Shown: positions 51,395 through 59,630 of the stretch, one piece after another | How the letters are laid out: the number at the start of each line of letters is the position of its first letter | Numbering within the stretch: position 1 is the first letter of the stretch | Assembly: GCA_918797485.1 (NCBI GenBank) | Contig: CAKKNE010000005.1 | Location: forward strand, 4,340,001-4,404,000 | Length of the DNA stretch: 64,000 nt | Source of the DNA: Pelagomonas calceolata | Taxonomy: Eukaryota | Direction: 5' to 3' | Notes under the pieces: model-generated | Databases searched by the model: none | What the model saw: only the letters and a program-made list of their open reading frames with translations | What the model was told of the DNA's origin: nothing | Program-made: the position numbers and the translations under genes

Positions 51395-53812
51395 ATGCCC
51401 CTCGGCGTCGACGACCTCAAGAACCTGCTGCGCCCCGGCGCGGCGCCGGGCAAGGCCAAGCTGCCCGCGAAACGGGGAAGAAACAAAGGAGCCAAGGTCT
51501 TTGCCGACATCAGGCAGGTCGAGTACGACGCGGACCTCTTCGTGCGGGGCGCCCTGCGCGCGCAGCCGCCGCCGCCGCGGGGCAAGCCCCTGGGCAAGCT
51601 CGTCAAGCCGCGGGTCTCGAACAACCCCGCGCGCCTGAACGGCCTGCACCCGGACCCCGAGCACAAGCCGAGGAAGCAGGCGCCGCCGCCGCCGCCGCCG
51701 GCGGCGCGCAAGGCCCGGGCGAAGAAGCCCGAGGCCGAGCCGGGCCTGCTCACGCGCCGCGTCAAGGCCGCCGCCGAGCCGGCGCCCGAGGCCGAGGCGG
51801 CGCCGGCGCCGCCGCCCGCTGCGCCTCCGGCGCCCAAAGCCAAGGCTGAGGCCAGAGAGCGGGTCCACGCGCCGCCGCCCGCCGCGCCTCCGGCGCCGCC
51901 GCCCGCCGCGCCCGCAGCCAGGGCCGAGGCCGACGCGCCGGCCGAGATCTCGGACGAGGAGGCCCGGGCCTACTGGGCCGCGCGCGACCGGGCCGGCGGC
52001 GAGGCGACGGAGGAAACGGCGCTCTGCCGCGCGCGCGCGCGCAAGGCCCACGCGCCCGTCGAGCCGACGGAGCTCGGGCTGGCCAAGGACCAGCGCGTCG
52101 TCGTACTGCGGGCGGAGCTCGCGGCGACGCCGGGCTGGGTCTTCGCCGACGCCGGCGAGGCCTTCGGCTACGTGCCGCGGACCTACCTCCAGCCGGTCCC
52201 CGCGGGCGCAGCGCCGGCGCCCAAGGCCCGGGCCGCGCCGCCGCCGCCCGCGGCGTCGCCGACGCCCGCCGAGGCCAAGGCCGCCGCCGCGCGGCCGCCG
52301 CCCGCGGCCCGCGCGCCGCCGACGCCCGAGGCCAAGGCCGCCGCGCCGCCGCCGCCCGCCGTCTCCGAGGCCAAGGCGGCGCCCGCGGCGCCGCCCGCGG
52401 CCCTCGAGGCCAAGGCGCTGGCCCAAAAGGCGCTCGACGTCCTCGACGCGATCCCCAAGCCCGCCGCGCGGCCGGTGCTCGTCGCCCGTGCAACGTCGGA
52501 GGCCAAGGCCGCGGTCGCGCCGCCGCCCGTCGCGCCCGAGGCCAAGGCCGCGGCCGCGCCGCCGCCCGCCGCCGCCGAGCCCAAGGCCGCCGCGCCCGGG
52601 GCCGCCGCGGCGCAGCACAAGGAGAGCAAGGGCGCGGGCGTCAAGCGCAAGTCGAAGCGCGAGGCCGTGCGCGAGGAGATCCGCGCGCGCAACGGCAAGC
52701 CCGTGCCCCGCAGGAAGAAGTTCGGCAACAACCGCGCGGCGCTCGCCGCGGCGCCGCCCGCCGTCCAGGCCGAGATGCGCGGCACGCTCCGGCGGGCGGC
52801 GACCGAGGCGCGCGCGACGATCAAGCGGAACGACGACATCGTCGCCGCGACGCTGCGGCGGACGCAGCAGGCGGGCGCGAGCCCGCTGCCGCGGCCGAGC
52901 GCCTTCTTCGCGCGGCGCCGCGAGAGCGAGGCGTCCCTGGCGTCGTCGGCGCCGTCGCCGCCGCCGCCGACGCCCGGCGCGTCCCGGGGCCGGCGCCCGT
53001 CGACGAGCCCGGACGTCCTCAACGGGCGCCGCGAGAGCGGCGCGTCGATGCCGCCGACGCCGCCGGGCGCGACGAGCCCCGCGACCGTCGGCGACGCCGC
53101 GGGCCCCGCCGGCGCCGCGGCGCCCGCGGAGCGCTGGGCCAAGTTCTGGGAGCCGACGCAGCGGTGCTTCTACTTCGTGTCGGACGCGAGCGGCGAGTCG
53201 CGCTGGGCGGCGCACTTCGACGATGATGTGATGGTCGTCGAGACGGAGGACGCGGTGACGTACGTCCACCACGCGACGCTGGAGCCCGTCGACGGCCCCG
53301 CCGAGGCGACCCCGAACGCCGAGGGCACGACGGCCCAGGACGTGTGCAACTGGCAGACGATGATCGACCCCGTGAGCGGCCAGGTCTACTACTACTCGCG
53401 CGCGTCGGGCGCCTCGCGCTGGACGCCGCCGACGTGGATGGACTACTACGACCCGACGGAGCAGTGCGTCTACTACATCCACAGGACGAGCGGCGAGTCG
53501 TCGTGGGAGGAGCCCGCGGGCTTCCGGGAAGAGGCCGACGCGGCCGAGCCCGACGAGGCCGAGGACGTCGGCGGTGGGGAGGAGGCGGACGCGAAGGAGA
53601 CCTACGAAGAGGCCGCGGTCGACGACGGCGCGGCCAAGGCGCGGGTCATGTTCTCGTACCGCAAGCGGCCGACGGCGCCCTGGGACCCGCACGGACGGAC
53701 GATGCGCGGGACGCTCAAGCGGCAGGCCGCGTCGCCGGGCGTCGTGCCCTCGCGGAAGCTGCAGTTCGGCGACACGCTCGTGCTCGGCGACATCATCGCC
53801 GAGCTCGACTAG
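51395..53812 (+). CDS. Pro/Ala-rich protein with an SH3-like domain and WW domains
   Basis: ELGLAKDQRV...GWV...FGYVPRTYL (SH3); WQTMIDPVSGQVYYY..SGASRWTPP and WMDYYDP...SSWEEP (WW). Confidence 0.8.
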   Translation: MPLGVDDLKNLLRPGAAPGKAKLPAKRGRNKGAKVFADIRQVEYDADLFVRGALRAQPPPPRGKPLGKLVKPRVSNNPARLNGLHPDPEHKPRKQAPPPPPPAARKARAKKPEAEPGLLTRRVKAAAEPAPEAEAAPAPPPAAPPAPKAKAEARERVHAPPPAAPPAPPPAAPAARAEADAPAEISDEEARAYWAARDRAGGEATEETALCRARARKAHAPVEPTELGLAKDQRVVVLRAELAATPGWVFADAGEAFGYVPRTYLQPVPAGAAPAPKARAAPPPPAASPTPAEAKAAAARPPPAARAPPTPEAKAAAPPPPAVSEAKAAPAAPPAALEAKALAQKALDVLDAIPKPAARPVLVARATSEAKAAVAPPPVAPEAKAAAAPPPAAAEPKAAAPGAAAAQHKESKGAGVKRKSKREAVREEIRARNGKPVPRRKKFGNNRAALAAAPPAVQAEMRGTLRRAATEARATIKRNDDIVAATLRRTQQAGASPLPRPSAFFARRRESEASLASSAPSPPPPTPGASRGRRPSTSPDVLNGRRESGASMPPTPPGATSPATVGDAAGPAGAAAPAERWAKFWEPTQRCFYFVSDASGESRWAAHFDDDVMVVETEDAVTYVHHATLEPVDGPAEATPNAEGTTAQDVCNWQTMIDPVSGQVYYYSRASGASRWTPPTWMDYYDPTEQCVYYIHRTSGESSWEEPAGFREEADAAEPDEAEDVGGGEEADAKETYEEAAVDDGAAKARVMFSYRKRPTAPWDPHGRTMRGTLKRQAASPGVVPSRKLQFGDTLVLGDIIAELD

Positions 53813-53913
53813 GCGCGGCGCCCCCCCTTCTGCTACTACTGCCTTGCTTGGTGCTCGGCCACACGAGCCGACTACTCCTAAGACCCAACAAGATAACTTA
53901 AGGCTCCTCAGGC

Positions 53914-56151
53914 TCAGCCGTCGAAGTCCATCGCGAAGTCCTTGTCCGCCTTGGAAGCCTTCTTTTTCTTGGGCTTTTTCGGCTTGGGCGCTGGAGCAGG
54001 CGCCGGCGCCTTCGACCGCTTCTTCTTTTGCTTCGGCTTCGGTTCCGGGGCCGCGGCCGGCGCCGCTTTCAGCCGCGCGGCGCGCGCGGCCCGCGCGGCG
54101 CGCCGGTCCGCAAGGCGCCGCGCGGCCGCAGGCGCGCCCGGCGGCTTGAGCGGCTCGAACGCGACGACGTCCTTGGGCGCGGCGGCGAGGCGCGCGCGCG
54201 CCGCCGCGGCCGCGTCGGCGGCCGACTCGAGGGTCGCGGCGGCGGCTTTCGCGCGCGCGCGCAGCTTCTGCGGGCAGCGCGGCTCCTTCGCGAGCTTTTT
54301 GAGAGCGACGAGCGGGACCAGGGCCAGCTCGGGCAGCGCCGGCGCGTAGCGGTGCAGCTCGAGGAAGTCCAGCAGCTGCTCGAGGGCCTCGCGGCCCAGC
54401 GACGCGCGCGCGCTCGCGTCGCGCTTGTCGCCGCAGTCGAGCTCGCCCCCAAAGTCGCCGCCGTCGTCGACGCCCCCGCGGCCGTCGCCGCCGCCGCCGC
54501 CGCCCCGCGAGCACTCGTCCAGCGTCGCGAGGAGGGGCTTCGTCGTGGGCACGAAGCACTCCGTCGCCGCGGCGACGTCGTGGAGGCAGCGGACGCAGTG
54601 CAGCCGGAAGGGCGCTTTCGAGGGCGCCGCCGCCAGCTCGAGGGCCCCGAAGAGCGTCTGGCAGAGGGGGAAGGCCAGCTCGCCCAGGCGCTCGGGCGCC
54701 GCGTTGCCGCAGACGCACCGCGCCCAGAGCCGCGCGCAGTGTAGGAACTTCCAGGACAGCACCTGCGCGACGTCGTCGGGCGCCCGCGTCGCCAGCGCGC
54801 TCCGGACCTTCAGCGCGAGCTGGCGCACGGCCACGAAGGCCGTGCGGTAGGCCGCGTCGGCGCCGGCGTCCGCGTAGAGGCCCACGAGCGCGTCCTGCAC
54901 GAGGGCGACGCTCGCGAAGGCCTTGCGCGCCTTCTGCGCGCTCGCGCCCCTGCCGGCGACGTCGCGCGCGAAGGCCGCGTAGCACCGCCGCAGCGCGTGC
55001 GCCTCGACGGTCTCGTCGCCACGCGCATCGACCGCCAGCGCCCGCGTGTGCGCGAGGACGGCCCGGAGCGCGGCGACGGCGTCGCGCTGCAGCCGCGTCT
55101 CCCGCGCCACCATGGCCACGCGCTCCTCGTCGGCCTCCTCCGGCGCCGGCTCGACGACGCGGCACAGCAGCCCGCAGAGCGCGCGGCACGTCCGCGGCGC
55201 GAGGTTCGCGTCCACGACGAGCCAGGGCGCCCAGGGCGCCACGGCCTCGAGCGCGACGACCCGGAGCCGCGTCGCGCGCTCGGCGTCGTCGCCCTTGAGC
55301 GCCTTGAGCAGGCCCACGAGCACGCTCCGCGCGAGGGCCCGGACGCGGTCCGGCGCCCGCGCCGCGTCCGCCCCGCCCGCGAGCGCCCGCAGCCGCGGCC
55401 CCAGCGCCGCGAGCGCGTGGCGCGCGCAGGCCTCGCGCGCGGCCGCGTCGGCGAAGTCGACGGCGGGGCCCTCGACGCCGTCGTCGTCGTCGTCGTCCGA
55501 GCTCGCCGGCGCCGACGCGACCGAGTCGGCCGAGTCGGCGTCGCCGTCGTCCGTCGGCTGCGCGCGGCGGCGCCGCGCGCGCCGCGACGCCGGCGGCGCC
55601 GCGTCGCCGCCGCAGGCCGCGCGCAGCAGCGCGACGAGCCGCTTCGTCGCGCGGAACGACGTCGCCCCGTCCGCGGCGAGCGCCGCGACGTCCTCGACGG
55701 AGACGACGCGCCGCGCCGCCGCCGCCGCCTCCTCGCCGGCGTCGTCGTCGTCGTCGTCCGCGGGATCCTCGTACGCGAGCAGGCCCTCGTCGTTCTCCCG
55801 CAGGTAGTCGTAGAACTCGGGGTCCGACGCGCGGAGCGCGTCGAGCTCCGCGCGGTGGTCGGCCGCGGCGGACGCCGACGACGCCGCCGACGACGCCGAC
55901 GACGCGTCGTCCGGCGCGTCGGCCGGCGCCGCGAGGTGGTCGCCCGCGAGGAACGCGTCGTCCGGCGCGTCGGCCGGCGCCGCGAGGTGGTCGCCCGCGA
56001 GGAACGCGTCGACGTCCATCGCCTTGGCCGCCGGCTTCGGGGGCCGCGCGGGCACGCGCGCCTGCGCCTTTTTCAGCAGCTTGCGCTTCGCCCTCGCCTT
56101 CGCCTTGAGCTTCTCGGCCCTGCCCGTCGTGTTCTTGCCGTGCTTGCCCAT
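53914..56151 (-). CDS. NOC2L: Nucleolar complex protein 2 (Noc2)
   Basis: LDALRASDPEFYDYLRENDEGLL; AYRTAFVAVRQLA; VLSWKF; PFRLHCVRCL; ALPELA. Confidence 0.85.
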   Translation of the reverse strand: MGKHGKNTTGRAEKLKAKARAKRKLLKKAQARVPARPPKPAAKAMDVDAFLAGDHLAAPADAPDDAFLAGDHLAAPADAPDDASSASSAASSASAAADHRAELDALRASDPEFYDYLRENDEGLLAYEDPADDDDDDAGEEAAAAARRVVSVEDVAALAADGATSFRATKRLVALLRAACGGDAAPPASRRARRRRAQPTDDGDADSADSVASAPASSDDDDDDGVEGPAVDFADAAAREACARHALAALGPRLRALAGGADAARAPDRVRALARSVLVGLLKALKGDDAERATRLRVVALEAVAPWAPWLVVDANLAPRTCRALCGLLCRVVEPAPEEADEERVAMVARETRLQRDAVAALRAVLAHTRALAVDARGDETVEAHALRRCYAAFARDVAGRGASAQKARKAFASVALVQDALVGLYADAGADAAYRTAFVAVRQLALKVRSALATRAPDDVAQVLSWKFLHCARLWARCVCGNAAPERLGELAFPLCQTLFGALELAAAPSKAPFRLHCVRCLHDVAAATECFVPTTKPLLATLDECSRGGGGGGDGRGGVDDGGDFGGELDCGDKRDASARASLGREALEQLLDFLELHRYAPALPELALVPLVALKKLAKEPRCPQKLRARAKAAAATLESAADAAAAARARLAAAPKDVVAFEPLKPPGAPAAARRLADRRAARAARAARLKAAPAAAPEPKPKQKKKRSKAPAPAPAPKPKKPKKKKASKADKDFAMDFDG
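55902..56003. repeat. 51-bp tandem duplication within NOC2 (17 aa x2)
   Basis: The sequence encoding DAFLAGDHLAAPADAPD occurs twice exactly. Confidence 0.9.
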
Positions 56152-56300
56152 GGCTGCTCGTCGCCAACCTTTTTGTGCCGTGTCGTTGCGCCTTCAAATG
56201 AAGCCGAACGGTTGGCTGTTAAAACGCGATAATCCGCTCGCTTTAGCTGAATTGCCGCCAGCCTTTTAGGAGTGCTCGCTGGCCCAGCGCGAGCGTGGAT

Positions 56301-56357
56301 GCTAGCGGCCTGTAAGACACTAGGCATCCTAGTGTCTTACCTGCACAGGCCGCTAGC
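56301..56357. promoter_or_regulatory. Long inverted repeat built from two copies of the GCTAGCG...GACACTAG motif in a divergent promoter
   Basis: gtaagacactagg-cat-cctagtgtcttac (13-bp perfect stem); gctagcggcctgt also pairs with acaggccgctagc further out. Confidence 0.6.
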
Positions 56358-56535
56358 TCGCGTCCTCTGCTCGTGAAAAAAGCCAGCCTAGATTGACAGT
56401 CTAGCCACCTCATCCCTAGCAAGCAATCCAAAGTCAGCTCGGAGGCCTGCCCAGGCTGCCCATATAGCTTAAGAGCTGCCCAGGCTGCTGGTCCGCATCA
56501 GCAGCATGTATGAGACAAGGCAGGATAACTAGCAG

Positions 56536-57714
56536 ATGGGACCGCCCTCGTCGTGGCCGCTCCTGCTGCTGGGGTGGGCGGCCGGCGCGGACCTCGCCAC
56601 GATGGCGCCGGCCTACTGCCCGCCGCACGCGGCCCGGACGCGCGGCCGCGAGCTCTGCCCCACGGACCCGGTTTGCGCGGCGAGCGTGCAACGCTTCGCG
56701 ACGGCCAAGCGCCACGCGCCGCCGCGCGTCGCCGTGTTACTGCGAGGCGTCGCCTTCCGGAACTGGGGCTCGCGCGACACGGAGGGCTCCTGCTGCCGGG
56801 GCACGGAGGCGTCGCAGCGGTCCGTCGTCGAGTCCTGGGACGAGCACCTCTTCGCGCCCCTGGAAGCGCGTGGCTACGAGGTGAATATATACGTGGCGAC
56901 GTACCGCTGCTCGAACGGCAAGGACTGGGTCGAGCGCGACCTCCTCGCGCAGTTGGCGCCGCGCCTCCGCGGCGTCTACCTGGGCAGCTACGACAACACG
57001 ACGCAATCCGCGACGCACGCGCGGGCCCTCGCGCTGGCCCACGCGGAAAGCAGTTCGCGCGAGGACCAACCCGAAGGCGCGGGCAAGGCGGCGCGCGCGT
57101 TCGAGCACGTCTTCATCATGCGGCTCGACATGGCGCTCACGCGGTCGACTGTGTGGAAATCAAAATTTTACGGCGCATTCCTGCTGAATCATCGCGTCGT
57201 CCTCCGCGCCATCGACGCGACGCCTGCTCGATGGCGTGGCGATGCCGGTTCCTCGCCGCTCGACCGAGCCAGGACGGCCGCGTCATCGCGCACCCGAAGC
57301 ACTGGTTGATTTCCACACAGGCGGTCGAATCTGACCTGCCTGCTCGCGCAGGACGGCCCCATGACGCGGAGCGAGGCCGGCAACGCGGACGGCTTCAGCT
57401 ACCTCCCCGGGCGGTTCTTCGCGTGCGCGGTGCGCGCGCGCGCGGCCCTGTACTACTCGCACGACTGGGTCGCGAGCGTGCTCTCGCTCGCGGGCGTCGA
57501 CGCGCCGGCCGCCGGCGCGCCCGTGCTCTACGCGCACGCCGTCGGCGGCCGCGCGCAGGACGCGTGCGCGACGCGGGCCTGGCGCCACGAGAAGCGGAGC
57601 GCCGAGACGGCGGCCCGGTGGCTCCGCGCGCGCGGCCGCGCCGCCGCCGCCGACCGCGCGCGCGCGGCGTGCTACGCCGCCCGGCGCCCGTCGCGCGACT
57701 ACCAGAACCGCTAG
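56536..57714 (+). CDS. Secreted or membrane hypothetical protein, possibly glycosyltransferase-like; intron 57141-57320
   Basis: Signal peptide; RVAVLLRG..FR and VFIMRLD; removing 57141-57320 joins ORF 56536 in frame to ORF 57361-57714. Confidence 0.7.
57141..57328 (+). mobile_element. Introner-type non-autonomous DNA transposon (172 bp) with 15-bp TIRs and an 8-bp TSD
   Basis: TSD gcggtcga at 57141-57148 and 57321-57328; TIR ctgtgtggaaatcaa (57149-57163) / ttgatttccacacag (57306-57320). Confidence 0.92.
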
Positions 57715-57751
57715 TAGTAGTATTCCTGCCCTTAGGGGACGCCCCCGCCCC

Positions 57752-58770
57752 CTAGCGCTTGAGCGGTCCGGCCTTGGCGGCGTTGCCGATGACCTTGGCC
57801 GCGTTCGCGCGGATCTGGTCCCAGTCGCCGGCCTGGACGGCGGCGGGGTCGAACAAGGGGGCCACGAGGCCGACGGACGCGGCGCCGTTCATGAGGAAGT
57901 CGCCCGCGTTGTCGAGGTCGACGCCCGACGTCGGGTTCAGCCGCAGCATGGGCAGGGCCGCGGAGACGGCCTTGACCCACGCGTGCGCGCCGGCGACGCC
58001 CGGGAAGATCTTCTGCAGCGGCGCGCCGAGCTTGTAGGCGTTGTACGCCTCCGTCGGCGTCTGGCAGCCCGGGATGATCACGATGTCGCGCTGCACGCAC
58101 CACTCGACGACCTCGGGCACGAGGACGGGCGTGATGATGAACTCGGCGCCCGCGTCGCACGCGGCCTCGGCGTCCGTCGTGTTCATGATCGTGCCGCAGC
58201 CGACCATGACGTCGCCGTCGTACTTGGCGCGGAAGTCGGCGAGCGTGTCGAGGCAGCCCGGCGTCGTCAGCGTGAACTCGGCGATCTTGAAGCCGCCCTC
58301 GATCGCCGCCGTCATGGCCTTGGGGCACGCCTCGGCCGTCGCCGTGCGCAGCACGGCGCAGACGCGGTCGCGCGCGAAGCGGTCGAGCACGCTCTCGCGG
58401 TTCGCCTCGCTCTTCGCGTAGAGCGACCTGCGCGCGCGTCGGTCGGTGGGTGTGTGTGTGTGTGGCGTCGCCGGCGTTCCCGCGGCGGCGGCCGCTCTCG
58501 CGGGTCCCGGGGTCGTGCGGGCGTGCGTCGCGGCGCGGCGGCGCAAGCGGGTCCCGGGGTGCGCTCCGCCAGCGAGTCGCGGCGGCTCGCGCGCGACGTG
58601 TCGTGCGACGCATGCCGTTCTCGCGCGCGTCCGCTCGCGTCTTGTATCTAGCTCGATCCTGTGGCGTGATGAGAGATGACGCCGCGTGCGCACCTGCTCG
58701 CAAGCGCCGCACCGTAGCGTCCGGCGGCGGCCCGCGCGACTGGTCTCGCTGCTCGTGCCACGGCTGCCAT
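57752..58770 (-). CDS. eda: KDPG/KHG aldolase with a mitochondrial-like presequence; intron 58428-58693
   Basis: MAAVARAARP...LASR|SLYAK via GTGCGC...CAG; AVLR, EFTLTTP, VGCGT, PGCQTPTE, KIFP, PTSGV. Confidence 0.9.
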
Positions 58771-59436
58771 GTTTGATCTCTTTGGCGTCGACGTTCGCCT
58801 TTTTAGCCTCTCGACAAAGGTGTGATGCGATTGCAAGGTAGGACTGCGAAAAGGTACGCAGACACGCCTATTTCTCGGCCGGGCAGGAGTCACGAGTCCG
58901 CGACGGGGATGATCTCCTTTTCTGGTGCTGCGGAGCCCCGCTCCGGAGCGACGAAGCCCCGCCTCGCGCGAGGGTGTGCCAGCCACCGGCGCGGCCCTAG
59001 AGCGACACTAGACTGATACGAGCCGAAGGGGCAGCCAAATGGCAGCCTTTCCCATGGATTGCCCCGAGGGGCAGCCCTGCCGGGAACCTGTGGGCCCTTC
59101 GTGTGGCCGGACGAGGGGTCCTGGCTGCCCCCGATGACAGCTCGGCGCGAGCGGGGGAATTTGCTCACCCCCTCAACGTCGGCTCACCCGCAGCATCTAA
59201 TTTTTTAGCCCCGCAGCATCGTCGGCAATAATCCCCAAAAACGGGCCAGCCACGAGCCTAGACCGACCAGCGACGAGCCGGAGGCGCGAGGCAGCGCCGA
59301 GACCCCTGGAGCCTTCGAGCGGCGGCGGCTGCGGGCAGCCTCCGAGCGAGCGCTCACACGAGGCTGCCGGTTTGCCGGGCCGGCCGCGCGGCCGGACGGC
59401 CGTGGCGCCCCGGCGGCGCGCGGGCGCGCGCCCCAC

Positions 59437-59613
59437 CGCCCGCGCCCGCCCGGCCGCGCTGCGCGCCCGGCCGCGCTGCGCGGCGAGGGCGCGGCGAATT
59501 ATTCGCGACGAGACGGCTCGACGCCCCATCGCCCGCGCCCGCCCGGCCGCGCCCCGGCCGCGCTGCGCGGCGAGGGCGCGGCGAATTATTCGCGACGAAA
59601 CGGCTCGACGCCC
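59437..59613 (+). repeat. Imperfect tandem repeat of about 90 bp, each copy holding the dyad gcgaat-t-attcgc
   Basis: Copies at about 59437-59527 and 59530-59613; dyads at 59494-59506 and 59581-59593, just upstream of ATG 59631. Confidence 0.8.
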
Positions 59614-59630
59614 ACGCAGGTACGGGAAGT

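Noticed and set aside
51368..56197. 1609-aa minus-strand ORF
   Set aside because: Arg/Gly/Ala-rich shadow frame overlapping NOC2 and the WW gene; stops are rare at this GC content.
58428..58693. Eda intron as another introner copy
   Set aside because: No TIR, TSD or core motif; canonical GTGCGC...CAG with a short (GT)n tract.
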